DNA of 64,000 bases from Orbicella franksi (GCA_964199315.1 OZ116698.1:11656001-11720000); one strand, 5' to 3'; shown: positions 49,002-62,200, counted from the first letter of the stretch. Notes: generated by a model from the sequence alone, not told the origin. Program-made: numbers and translations.

Positions 49002-51482
49002 ATGTCTTCCCTCTTGGATGTGCCTCTAGAAGAAACCACAGGAGACGAGGACGTTACATACATATTTGAAAAAGATAAGCATGCCAAAATTTTGCTGGAG
49101 AACCTTGCCGAGATGCAATCTCAACATGGATTGTTCACTGATTTGAGCCTGACCACCAGAGCACAGGATTACAAAGTGAACTTCCATTCGATGCTGCTCG
49201 CAGCTTGCAGTCCGGCACTCAAAAAGCTTCTTGTATCGAGGAGCCCTAATGAGGGTACAAAGCGAAGTATAGTGCTTCAAGGACTGACCAAGGAGGTGCT
49301 GGAGTGTTTCAGAGAATTCATCTACAAGTCCGAAGTCACAGTGGACGAAGACATCCTGGATGACCTTCACAACTTTGCAGTCAAGTACGACATTGACGTG
49401 CTAGCGACAATCCGTGGGGAGCTTGAGGATCAGCGAGGAAGTGACCCGGTGAAATTTGCGTTTGATAATCATGAAGATGTGCTTTCAGAGCTTTTTGACA
49501 TGTTCATGGAGAAGGAATTAACCACAACAGTCTTGGAGGACCAGAAGAGCGACAATCGGTTTGCAGTTCATGGGCCTGTCATAGCGGCAGCTTCACCTGC
49601 GTTTAAGGAAGCTCTGTTACACGGTTCGTCAGCCCGAGAAAGGAAGAAATTTCGATTGGATATTCCGTCTATTGCTCTAGCAGATGTCATCGGATACATC
49701 TACTCAGCAAAAGTAACCGTACAACGCAGAAATGCCGTTGGCCTGCTAAGAGCCGCTTGCACCTACGAGATGCCTGCACTTGCTAAAGTCTGCTGTGATT
49801 GGCTGATTTCAAAACTGCACACTTATGACGTGGCGGGCCTTCTATGCTTGTGCAGGGAACTGGATTCTGTGTACACTTTAAATCTTATAGAGGAGTGCAA
49901 GAACCACATTATCGCCAATTTCAGTGAGTTGTCTGCAGAAGACGAATTTAATGTTCTGGGTTACGAAGATCTTAAAGAACTCATCCAGCACGACAGCCTA
50001 GACATTAAGTACGAAGAAGACGTTGTTGATGTTGTGATGAAATGGATAGGCCATGCCGAAGAGACTCGTTTACCTCACCTGAGCGAGCTGTTGTCCTGTG
50101 CTCGGTTGGAGCAGACAAGCATGGAATTTCTTCACGACCTGGAGCAAGATCCCAGAATTGGAAATTCTCCTGGTTGCCTCCAAGTAATCGAGGTTGCTCG
50201 ACAAAGGCTGCAGGCTGCTGACGATCAATCTGAGGCTCGCTCAAGCAGTTACGATGAAGGATTTGAAGACTTCGAAAGCCGCGATGAAGATACCCTGTCT
50301 AGGCTCTCAGAAGAAACATTTTTGCCTGATCATGACGATGCATCATCCGCGTCCGATAGAGAAGGAGCCCAGCGACAGAGTCTGCGTGACAGCTGCCTGC
50401 ATGACGGCTACCGTCTTGATAGCAGCCATCATTCCGACAGCTATTCACCTGGTAGCTGCTCACGTGATTACTACCAGCCTGAAAGCTATTCGCTTGATAG
50501 CTACCAGCGCGACAACTACCCACGTGACAGCTACCAGCCCGACAACCACTCGCTTGACAGCTACCAGCCCGACAACTACTCGCGTGACAGCTACCAGTCT
50601 GATAACTCCTCACTTGACAGCTACTCGCGTGACAGCTACCAGCCCAGCAAATACTCGCGTGACGACTACCAGCCTGACCACTCACACAAAAGAAGACCCG
50701 GCACGCGCGTCGACGGCCGACCAGACATGCGGTGTAAAGAAAACCGTCAACTATACTTGGGAAAGGGAGTCAACAAAAACGGGACCCCAGACAAAAGGAT
50801 ACGGGAAAATAGGACAAAGTTTTTGAACAAAGACGGCAGTCCAGACATGCGCTGTAAGGTCAACAAAGGGGCAACCAGAAGTCCTTATGTCACAAGTCCA
50901 CTTAGCACTTCAGGCAGTGGGAGACCCTCTGGCGGAGCACGGTTTCCTTGGGAACTGTCACTTCCCACTGGTTACGTCGGTCCCCTGAAAGAAGATGGCA
51001 CTCCTGACATGCGCTGTAAAGCCAATAAAGAGGCAATCAGGAGTCCTTATTCAACAAGTTCAGTTTACACTTCAGTCAGTGGGAGGCTCCCTAGCGGAAT
51101 ACGGAATACGGAACTGCCACTCCCCTCTGGTTACGTCGGCGGGCCCTTGAAAAAAGATGGTACTCCGGACATGCGTTATGCTGCGAACAAACAACGCTGT
51201 GTGACAAGTTTAGCGGAAACAGGCCCCTCCTCGTATAGGCCATTAAAGAAGAATGGTACCCCCGACATGCGCTACGCTGTAAACAAACAACGCTGTGTGG
51301 CAAGTTCCGCGGCAGCAGACGCCTCCTCGCATGGGCCTCTGAAGAAAAATGGTACCCCGGACATGCGTTATGCTGTTAACAGGCGGCAAGCTCATTGTCC
51401 CTCTCCACCATCCTCCAAGACTCCTGGACCGCTGAAAAAAAATGGAACCCCGGATATGAGGTTCAAGGCCAACAGGCGATAA
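49002..51482 (+). CDS. BTB-BTB-BACK protein with an S/Y/D low-complexity tract and eight basic GTPDMR repeats (826 aa, single coding exon)
   Basis: 2481-nt open ORF. BTB1 FTDLSL...FHSMLLAACSPALKKLL...FIYKSEV; BTB2 FAVHGPVIAAASPAFKEAL...IGYIYSAKV; BACK CKNHIIANFSELSAEDEFNVL...LDIKYEEDVVDVVMKWI. No Kelch repeats. A splice acceptor TTTACTTTCCAG ends at 49000, 1 nt before the ATG. AATAAA at 51933. Confidence 0.9.
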   Translation: MSSLLDVPLEETTGDEDVTYIFEKDKHAKILLENLAEMQSQHGLFTDLSLTTRAQDYKVNFHSMLLAACSPALKKLLVSRSPNEGTKRSIVLQGLTKEVLECFREFIYKSEVTVDEDILDDLHNFAVKYDIDVLATIRGELEDQRGSDPVKFAFDNHEDVLSELFDMFMEKELTTTVLEDQKSDNRFAVHGPVIAAASPAFKEALLHGSSARERKKFRLDIPSIALADVIGYIYSAKVTVQRRNAVGLLRAACTYEMPALAKVCCDWLISKLHTYDVAGLLCLCRELDSVYTLNLIEECKNHIIANFSELSAEDEFNVLGYEDLKELIQHDSLDIKYEEDVVDVVMKWIGHAEETRLPHLSELLSCARLEQTSMEFLHDLEQDPRIGNSPGCLQVIEVARQRLQAADDQSEARSSSYDEGFEDFESRDEDTLSRLSEETFLPDHDDASSASDREGAQRQSLRDSCLHDGYRLDSSHHSDSYSPGSCSRDYYQPESYSLDSYQRDNYPRDSYQPDNHSLDSYQPDNYSRDSYQSDNSSLDSYSRDSYQPSKYSRDDYQPDHSHKRRPGTRVDGRPDMRCKENRQLYLGKGVNKNGTPDKRIRENRTKFLNKDGSPDMRCKVNKGATRSPYVTSPLSTSGSGRPSGGARFPWELSLPTGYVGPLKEDGTPDMRCKANKEAIRSPYSTSSVYTSVSGRLPSGIRNTELPLPSGYVGGPLKKDGTPDMRYAANKQRCVTSLAETGPSSYRPLKKNGTPDMRYAVNKQRCVASSAAADASSHGPLKKNGTPDMRYAVNRRQAHCPSPPSSKTPGPLKKNGTPDMRFKANRR

Positions 51483-52255
51483 GGCCGAGAGAACCCTAAA
51501 CTTTTATTAGTAGTGGATTTGTTGTTCACCAGAGTAACTAAAGACGTAGAATCGCAGTTGTTGTAGTTTCAGTTTTAAAGCGATATTTTTGTAATTTTTT
51601 GAGCAAAAGGCTAGTAGAGCATGGTTATTGACAGCACTTTGATCCAGTATGAATTTCTTGACGAGTAATAATTAATTCGTTCGTCCGTTTTCTTAGTCGC
51701 CCTTCCCCCACTAACTGTTTTGTCATTTCGAACTTGCCCTAATGTTCGAGTTAACTCTGTGACGAATATTAGTAACAAGGAAGTTAAAGATGTTAAGAGC
51801 CTGTTAATGTTATGTTAATTCGCACGGTACGAAGAAATGAAGGTTTAACTACAATGTCTTCCGGTTTTGTTAAAATTTGAAAGGCTGACGTTTGCGTCAC
51901 ATTTTTTGGAGCGTATGCACCCTACCAGAAAGAATAAAGCTTTACAACCTTGACTGACGATAAATGTGATTAATGTCTATCGCGAGGGGATTGGAGACGA
52001 TCACGACCCTGGTTTCTTCCTCTTCCACTTCGCTCGTGCCCATGACTTTTTCGGCGTTACTTTTCAAGATTGCGGCAGGACTTGGTCCCTATCTACCCGC
52101 TTGTCCCGCATGCCCGACAGACACGTGGCGCATTCTGGCGGAAGTTATGTTGCAAAATACGAGAATAATTCGACATATTAATGTATATGATCGTTTATAA
52201 TTCATTCTCCTGTTGAATATTTATAGTTCCAAAGAGAAATCTTCTGCACACTTTT

Positions 52256-52384
52256 AGCCTGTTCCAGGCTCTCGGTCAGTGGGGGACGATCGAAAAAGCG
52301 GGCGGCCGACGAGTGGGGACTGGGAGAGAAAACGCCTGCCCGCTTTTATATCGTCCCCACTTCCCGAGGGCCTGGAACAGGTTA
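52256..52384. mobile_element. MITE (TAGCCTGTTCCAGGC family)
   Basis: TIRs TAGCCTGTTCCAGGC / GCCTGGAACAGGTTA. Confidence 0.7.
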
Positions 52385-53219
52385 GCCGGCTCCATATCGA
52401 GAACTCTCACCGCGCAATGACGTCATAAATTACCATGAAGTAAGCATGGCGAAGCTCAGGTGCTTAAAACTGAAATTCAATTACTTCGTATTCGAACTAT
52501 TTACCAGAGATATCTACTCGAAACCCCAGGATCAGTTGCAGAGAACTAAGTACACTTGAAACTTACACTGCTTTTGAGCCAAGACTCCTTTAAACGGATG
52601 TTCAAAAACGGAGAATTTGAAATTTGCTTGTCCCATTTCTCCTAGATTCTCACTTTCCTTATCCTTCTTAGAATAAAAATCACCAGCCACATATTGATTG
52701 CTTTACCACGTTTAATGAATCCTCAACAGAGTCAACGTCCGGACTACAGCTAAATGACGGTCACACTCTGACACACAGCAAAAAAACACCTCAACGGAAC
52801 CAATCAATAAACAGCAAGACATGAAATGCTTCAGTAAAGCTTCTTGATCAAGAAGCCTTGAAAATGAACCACTGCCTTAGGAAACACGGCTTTCCTATTG
52901 ATAGTTTAAGCATGCTCTGGCCCAAATTTCTGACGATACATGAACTCATGTTTGCTAATATAATAGAGCTTTCCAATATCCTGGCTAAACATTATCTTGG
53001 TAACAACTGATAACTCTTATACACAGTCATCACGGTAGATACCAGAAAGATATGCTTATTATCTTACTGACTAAGTGATGTTGACTGGTAAATAAGACCA
53101 TACAGATGTCTCTAGGACGAGCTATACTTGTTATTCTTTCTGTAACTCTATTCCGTGAGGTGTTTCATGTCTTCAGATAAACATACCAATGTGTTAATTT
53201 TTATGCTGGACTCACTAAT

Positions 53220-56200
53220 CTAACTAGAAGAGAAAAGTTCCTCGCAGAACGTTTTGTAGTCGTAGGCTCCCGGAATCTCTCGGCCTTTGTCGTCGACGTA
53301 CGGACGCATCCGTTCGATACAGTACTCGGCCTGCTCCTTGGTGAGAGACTGGAACGAGAGAGAGAGAATAACGATTAATACCTGGGGGGCAAATAACCGT
53401 GCCAAATTCGTGAAAGTTAAGGCTCCTCGAGGCTCAACTTCACAAGCACTACAAATTAAAATTAACGCATCAAGACGAAATAATATGACATACAGGATAC
53501 GGTATCCCCATATTTTTGAATGATTACCTGGTAGAGTTCAGCCTCAGTAACATAAGGACGTTTGCCTCCTTCAGTGAGCGCCTTGAAGGCATTGATGACT
53601 TCCTGACTGGAACCAACATTTTCCGTCTCACGGCTGATCATGAAGGACATGTACTCTCCCATAGATACCACACCGTCACTGCGAAGATACAGAAGAAGAA
53701 CTGCTGTCAGCATTGTGTACAATAAACGTTATCTGCGACTTTATCGTTACGAGATGGGCTTTAAGAAAGCTCCTTCACTTTGGTTTAGTTCGATCAATAA
53801 AGGGACGTTTTCATTTGGAGAGTGAAACGTTAAGTAAATTTATACTGTAAAAAATTATGTAACTTTTTGATCCTGGTTTGTCACATTTTCAGTGAAAACT
53901 ATTGACCTGAATGAGGATTAGTTAGGCTGTTGTCTTCACCTCCTACAAAAAGAGATCTACAGGCTCGTCACGCAATCTTTCCTAAGAAACGCGTGACGAG
54001 CACAAAGAGCGATGCTGTGATTAGCATGCGGCTCGCCAGTGAGCTGAATATTGAAAACAGTTTTACATCTTTATCACCAGAGTCCACACTGCCCCTTCAA
54101 GGCGTCAATCCAACCTACCCATTCGGATCCACAGTCCTGAGGATGGCTTGAAACTCTGGATCTTCCTCACCCTCCTCCACAATGGACAGATCGTAACCAA
54201 GGGAACGCAGGCAGGACTTGAACTCTTGGTGATCCAGGTAACCAGTCTTGTCCTTGTCAAAGTGCCTGAAAAAATAGAGGTATTGCAAATTGAAGTTTTT
54301 TTTGTCAATTTAACAGGCGCACCATTGGAAAACTACAGTCAACTTCCGCCTTGGGGACACCTCGCTATTACGGACAACCCGCTATTACGGACAGCAGCTA
54401 AATCCCCAGCGAAAGTTACAGACGTTTGACTGAAACAAACTCCCGCTATTAAGGACTCTCGCTATTACGGACTTACAGATACTTTATTCGGCCCCAACGT
54501 CACAATTTTATTATTTTCTCTCTCGTTATAGCGGACACCGAGCAGCATCTTGGAATATTTGCACACATATCAAGTCTATTTTTTCTGCTTTTGGAGATTG
54601 TCTTTGTCTTTTTTGGTCGATTTCCGCTTCTTCTGTCCATCAATCAAAACTTCTTCATCTTTTTCTCTTAAGGCCCTCTTTACAGTCTCGCTGCCATGAA
54701 TAAGTTCGTCCAGTCTGTCCAAATATTATAACATAAAAATTTTCTCGCACCCCGCTATTACGGACTCTCGCTATTACGGACACCAAATCGCGGTCCCGAG
54801 GGTGTTCGCTATAACGGAAGTTGACTGTACGCGCAAACAAGACGGCATCATTGTGAAAAGAGTGGTGGGAGAGGCAGAAAGAGATGGAGTCACCTGCAAA
54901 TACGGACGCGCATTCTCAAACCCCACCTACAGAAAATCAAATGAGGAATGACACGGATGAAAGCAAAGTAACTGGTTCAGAACGGAGTGGGATGGAAAGA
55001 AGAGGATCGCAATTACAGTCCACAAGAAATTGAAAGAGAAAAAAAGCACATTCGGTGTAGTGTTCACAGCCAGACTATTGCTGTTTTAGTTCATCGTTCG
55101 TGTTTTGCACAGTAGGGACAAAATACTTACTTGAACATGATGGTGAATTCTTTGAGGGTCTCTTCGGAAACGCCGGTAGTATTGCGGGCCTGGATTTGCT
55201 GTTCCAGATTGTGCTTCATGCGCATGGCCAGTTGATCCAGCTGGTCCCACTGCTGGGCAAGATCCACGGTGCTGTGTTCGGTGTATCTATATCAACAACA
55301 CATCACATGTTAATAATGTAGGTGCACAAATAGTCCGCGTCGGGTCAAGTGGCCTACACAGTCAGAGCTTATCCCGGTTTCTGTAGCATTAAGCAACTAG
55401 GAGTATTTCTACTCCCTCCTGGATGGGATGCTGTAGTCCATCGCAGGGTTAAAGGAGCCACGCCACGGCTTGCGCACCTTGAAAAGTTTAGCTTAAATTT
55501 TTCAAGTTCGTCGTTTGTAATCCGTGTTAATCTTCTCCATCCTTCACCATCCTTGTCCCTTTATGGTGTATTATTGTCTTTTTGGTATTTTTCTATCTTA
55601 GTTTACTATTTTCAGGTTTCCTTCAATTTTAAGGCAATATTGTACACGGCCAAAATAACTCAAAATACCGTACTAGAACAGCAAATCAAAGGTTGATGAT
55701 TGTGTCATGATGTAAGAAAATAGATGATAAAGAACTATGTCAAAAAAATAGCGCAAACTAAAAAGAACACCCTATGAAGAACTCACTTGTTGTCCAGGAT
55801 GAGGGCCTCTTCCATTTGGGCGCCAAGATCTTCAATGATCCTTAGGTCCTCTTTTCTGTCAGCTATCTCAGCACTCTTCTTCTTGACCTCTGCCAACTGA
55901 TCTTCAAGGTCTCCCTGCCCGTCAACCATTGCCACCCTAAATGAGAGAAAGAATTCTAGAGTGAGAAGTTTTGTTCTGCAAGCTATGACGTCTTCGGTAG
56001 AATACTCAACACTATTTCGCGAGGAGTTGCGCTAAGCCATGACTTAACAGATCCGTTTCTACAGCTCACAGGAAAGATCTAGGCCTTTTGACGGCATTAA
56101 CCTTGACACAACAAGGATTGACGAACGTAAAAGTTATCTTTAGTTATGACCTTATTTTAGCAAGTAGTTTGTGTCCGTCTCACCTTGTGTCAGAAAGCCA

Positions 56201-59200
56201 TGCATGGAAGGAGTTCGCTGATTGTGCAAACTCTTGCCTCAAGTTGTCGTTGAATTCTTGACGCTGGGCTTCCTTGCGCAGATCATCTTCACGCTCCTGA
56301 AAAAGAACAAAGTACAATTGTTTCAGTTAAGCTTTAAGTTCAGTATTCGTCTGCGTAAGACAGGGAAATGAGACATTTGGAGCAGCTGATCCAAACGACG
56401 TATTACACGAAAACCGATTCAAAATGTTAACTTCCGTAAATGTCTATCAGTTTAGCTCCTATGTTTGCTTCTCACTCAAATACCTACACTTCCAAGATGA
56501 CAAAAAGGCATTTTGGCCACTAAAGAGAAAAGCCAGTCGATTTACCTTCATTTGTAATAATAAGGAACGAGTAAGAATAGGAATTGTTGCTCGATATGAA
56601 TAGATGAGACGAAGTCAATTTACAAACCTCGATAATCTTCTGCAGATTCTCCCAGGTATCCTCCAATGCCTCCATTGTGAACCACGTGTACCTAACATGA
56701 ATGAAAAGCGCCTGATTAGTTCAGCAGAGATACCAATTTTCAGATTTGTGTATGCCTAACAGAAAGTTGTGCAGTTTTCTACACTTTGTTGGCGTTCATA
56801 GCATTGTGCGTGTCATCCTCCCAGCTCCCACCGGACAACAAGACTTTTAGACATCGACATAAAACAGAGAGGGCTATTTACGTCTTTAATTGTTCTGAAT
56901 TTTTTAAAGTGTCTTAATCTCCTACTGATGCACTATTAAGTTAGCGAAAACTTAGACTGTTCACAGTCCCCTATTTTTCCGTGAGATCGTAAATGTCGAT
57001 CGTTGAGTTCGACGGGCTGCCATCTTGGTCTCCTGATGCGAGCGAAACTGGGGAGAGTACAAAATGCCCGTGGGAATTGGCGGTGGGGTTAATATGGGCA
57101 TTTTGTACTCTCCCCAGTTTCGCTCGCATCAAGAGACCAAGATGGCGGCCCGTCGAACTCAACGATCGACATCTACGATCTCACGGAAAAAATAGGGGAC
57201 TGTGAACAGTCTAGCGAAAACCGCTCTGATTGTGATAGTTCCGAACTGGACGGATGTGAGAATACGGTTTGTTACTTGCAACTTGAAGGTGAAACTGACG
57301 AAGACTTCCTTGACCTTTCAAAGTTCGCCTTTTGGTGTACTTACGGGTTTATAGAGACATTGTAGCTTTTGATTTGGCGATCAAGCTTCCTGAGCAGCAT
57401 GATATCATCTTCAGCCTGATCCAGAGAAGCGCGGAACTGTGTGTGTCCATCTTGCAAGGCCTGAGGTGATAACGTAACAACGCAGAAGAATTATCCCTCC
57501 ACCCTTAAAATATTACGGGCTTAACTTATTTGAGAGAGGGGGCGAGTATGATCTGTAATTTTATCCTCGTTGGAGTTGACTTGAGCCCGCAGTCTTTGTG
57601 ACGGGTCGCTTAGTAACGAGACGTCTCTCACTACGACAACCTGACGTCAAAACATTTGGCCTACTAGCACATGCAAGTGAAATTTTGTGATTGGTTCGGC
57701 AATTAAGCTGCGATATGCAAAGTGATATGACTGTATTACTGACCACGTCGACTAAAGACACCTCTAAAACAAGGGGAGAGTGATCTCGTGAAGAAAGGTC
57801 TGTTTACATGGGCTGTAAAACTTACACGTATTTCCTCAACAGAGTTGCAGCGCACTGGATCAGTGAGGTCTTCCTCTGCATTCTCGAACCAGCTGTTGAA
57901 AGCTGAAGCCTTCTTGGCAAACAACAGGAACAAGTCCTCCACCTTGAACAAACCAGATGACGAAGACTATAAGTGATGCTTCTTTACAAATAACAAAAAA
58001 GACGACAACGCCACAATTTCAAAACACTAGCATTTGATCTCTGTTTTTGACTGAAATAACAAGACAGCAGTCAAGCAAGGAAACAATCACCTTCTTGTAC
58101 TGATCCTGTGCATGTTGGAGTCGTTCTTTACGAGTCCTGGAGTCTTCCAACAGTTGCTCCCACCTAGAGACAGTAACGAGACAAGGAATACCATCTGTTA
58201 AACCGTGATACGCTTTGAACTTGAAAATCAGGGTTGATCAGAGGGTTTACTGACTTCCTAATACGGACATCACACCACATCAACCTCGTAAATGATTGGT
58301 TAGAGGTGTTGCTCACCTCCTAATAAGGTCATCATGACGTTTAATGATGGCAGGTGACTGCTCGTGTTGAGACTGGACTAGTTCATCCTTCAGCACGGTC
58401 ACACGCGCAATTCCTTCATTTTCAAAGGCCTGCAGACCTGAGTCGAAGGTTTCCTAACAGACACAAAAAAAGTACAAAGGAGATGTTGTGTGTGATCAGT
58501 GCGTGAGTTTGTTCACTCTCTCACCCACCCCAAGAAAGACAAGATCACTTCCCCCGGAAATGCCAAGTCTCCTAACCCTTTCTGAAAAATAGTGTTTCGG
58601 TTAATGTCTTAACGTTCCTTCGCAGGACATTTCCAACTGAATAGAATCATCATCTGCCCTATAGAGCAAGCTCACAATATCATATTCTTCAAACTCTTTA
58701 AGTTTACCTGCTTGGTGAAAAGTGTCTGCACTGAAGACAAATCACGTCCGAGATCATCAGATCGAGCGATTCCTTCTTTGTCACCTAAAAAGATCAACGT
58801 ATAACAAACGCTTGAGCCTCGAGTCTTTTAAAACAAAGATAAAAGGTTGAAGAAAAAAACGTCCTAGGAACACTGCTGAACTTTGTTTGAATTAAGGGAC
58901 AAGCTGCTGGTGCATAACTTAAAATTAATCTTTCGTTTTCGACGAAATGGAACAAAAACGCTTAGAAATAGAGTGGTGTTCAATCGAGAGTCGAAAAGTA
59001 GCTGGTTCTGCACTACGACGCTACACACGATGGGCTTAGAAAACATGCGCCAATTTTTCATCCAACCAGAGGTAAAACCCAAACAAATTCGGACTCGTTC
59101 GCACACGTTTTCCCGTGCTTCACGTCAGCTGTATGTATTCACTACGAGTTTTAATAAGGTCGTTGGATTGTCTGTCCTTTGTAATTGGCCAGGACAGAGT

Positions 59201-62200
59201 GATTACTTTGGTTTTTAGTTTTACGACACTCGATTGGAAACCGCTCTAACAGGCTTGTACTTACCAATCCAAGATTCCACCACATCAGCCTTCCAGTTGA
59301 ACTGCAAGAACGCTGAGTTGTCATTCAGCTTGGACTTTCGATAGGATGCCATTCTCTCCAACTCCTGCAGTTTGCTCTACACAAGAAAAAAAATACCCAT
59401 AAGTGAGCCACTCATTCATGGTTAAAAGCTGAAAGGGTTTAGGTCATCACGCGCAGAGTGGTTTTGCGGGACGTCCCAAATTAAGACCCCAAAGAAGACT
59501 GTTGTAACTGTAGTAGTTCTTTGATAGAGCTGTTACCTTAATTGACGAAATCCTGTGTTCAATCAGTTCAGATTGGTGATTTCCCTGCAGGAAAAAATGC
59601 GCTTTGATTAACATTCTGGTCTTAAAATGGAGACAGAAATAGTGGGAGTGGGAAGGCAATTAAAAGCAATAGTTCCTCTACAGTCTTGTTTATACAGTGC
59701 ATAGGAATTCACCTTTTCAATGAGCTTGTTTCCAGCATCTTCAATGTCCTGTACTCTCTCCCTGTGAACTTCCAGATCTGTTTCAAACGCTTCATGCTTC
59801 TTCAACAGACCCTAATAAAATAAAAACTTTGACTTAATGAGCAGGCCTCTTTTGTTTTCGAAAGACCAATGGTTCTGTTTTCCCTAGGCTTGGCTGGCGA
59901 TCTAGCGCACCACTGATTAAATGCTGACACATTTAGAACTCTCTGACTGTGGGACAAAACATTAATCATCTGGAAGATCTAAGGCAAGCCACAACCGCCT
60001 CACCTGAACTGCGGCTAGCGTATCACCATAGTCATCGCTTCCAACAAGTGTATTCTTCTCATTGATCCACGATTCCTCTTCACCAACATTAGCACTGAAC
60101 TGCTGGTAGGCAAGAGACTCGTCCAGTTTGTGCTGCCTGTAAAATAAAAAGCAATTAACAGTTAGAACAGGACAAATTCACTACAGCAACAGTAAAACGG
60201 GTATGACAGGCAACTAGGGGCCCTTACAAACAGTAATTTTGTTAATTGTCCAGAACTACGCAGACACCATCACTCATACACACCTCTGTTCTGCAAGATT
60301 CTTGAGTTCATCCCAGTTTTCCTGCAGTTGGTCACAGCGAGCCTTGATTTCATCCGAGCTGCTATGTCCCTCGTCGATAAATTTACGGCCACACAACAGC
60401 ACAGCCTGAAAGAAAAGATGTGATTCAGATCCAAATTCTCCGAACATTGAATGAAATCTCTGTAGCCATGAGGTAGTGAGAAGTTGTATGTTTAGTTTCC
60501 TACCTGGATTCTCGCCTCATGTGTGTTTAGTTCAGCTTCCAAGCGCTGATGTTTCTTGCGCAAGTTCTGTACTCCAGTCAAATCCTTGCCGTAGTCTTCA
60601 GAGCTTGTCAACAGTTTTTTCTCTCTGATCAAATAAAAAGACCAAATTTAGCTTATGTCAATTGAACTTCTTGCATTCTTAAAACCTAATACGCTACTCA
60701 CTTGATCCAGGACTCCTCGTCATCCACATCCCGGTAGAACTGGTGCAGAGCATTGGACTCATCCAACTTCTTATGGCGATCGGAAGCCATGTCCTTCACC
60801 CTGAATTTTGAAAAAATACCCATGGTTAATAAATGGTGCTTGACCTTAATTGTTTGCTGCTAAAACTTCCAATAATGTTTATTGTGCGGTCAACATACTG
60901 ATATAAATAAATTGCAGGGGCTTCATTAAGGTTTTTAACAGGAGGGCATCAGGATATGACATCCGAGCAGAAAATCCGCCAAGCTCGTAATTTTGTTCGT
61001 AACTTTGACACATTCCAAGTGGGCTTACATGGAGAATTTTTGTTTTTGTAATCAATTGGTCGAATTTGCTTTGCAGTTTGAAGATGCAAGGGAAATGACA
61101 CTACTAAAACCACAGAACAATCGTGGTTTCTTTGACTTGAAATAAGCTCAACTTTTTAGAAGACTGTTAAACACATTAAAATACTACGAGACAGCAACAG
61201 TACTATATAAAATATCGATGAAGCAGCCGGACAAAGTTCTGTTCACAGCCGGTCAATTTGCCGAGCGCCCGGACCTCAGTGAAATCCCTATATACCGGTA
61301 ATGAATCAAAGAAACCCCTTTCCCTGTGAATTTTAGCAAACTGATCAAGTACTGTAAGATCTTGCCAACACAAAATGCTGCACAGTAGAATCTGAGGATA
61401 AAGGTAAACTAATTAGCAGGGGCGGCCTAACTCACTTGTCATAACGATCAGCAATTTGACGGGATTTATCCTGCAAAGAGTCGGCATCAAAATGGCCAAC
61501 CTCGGCAAAGTGCTGGGTTTGAGCTTGGAGATCTGTAATGCGATCCTAAAAGAAAGAACCATAAAATGTAAGTAACATTACACATTCATGGCTCTAGCCC
61601 AGAGAGCGGAGTGATGCAACCATGAATTCCTGACAACAAAACACACCTCATGAGCGGCAATGTCAGCTTCCACAAGCTGGTGCTTCTTGATGAGATTCTG
61701 CACACTGGCCAGGTCGCGACCATAATCATCATGGGACAGGGAAGCTTCAACCTAAAAAAAGATCGTGCAACAGAGCCGGTGAACATAAATTAAGCTCCAA
61801 CTCACAGGTATAAACAAGGAAACTCTCTCTTTCCACAACTTTTCTAAGGAGTATTAAATTATAATATTTAGATAGGAAGCCACATCAGTCTGGTTTTTAT
61901 GCGGGTCCCCTACACTGGTCGAATTGGAATTTGGAGATGTTGGTTTTTGTGGAGGAAGGAAAACCGTTGTACCTGGAGAAAAATCTTCGGAGCAAGGCGA
62001 GAACCACCAACAAACTCAACCCAGGTAAGACACCGGGTCAGTGTTCATTCTAAAAGCAGTCATATTCAACATCGATTGACTTACGGGTGTATAATCAGTC
62101 AAAATAAACGTGAAGTAAATTCTTTGTTGCCACTCTTCGGAAAATGTAACTTCCCTGTTACAGGTGCCTCGATGGACGAAGCACATCATATTGTGTCATC

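Noticed and set aside
50194-50826. Alternative-frame ORFs 50194-50826 (+) and 50299-50685 (-)
   Set aside because: Shadows of the tandem repeat in the BTB gene, which lacks stops in several frames.
1369-51482. Functional ubiquitin/immunity cluster (UBAC1, LRSAM1, BTB adaptor, three-finger genes)
   Set aside because: UBAC1-LRSAM1 linkage is explained by ancient synteny shared with CACFD1 and spectrin, and nothing in the sequence shows co-regulation.
51966-52200. GC-richer patch with short ORFs downstream of the BTB gene
   Set aside because: Each frame is short or interrupted and no family is recognisable.
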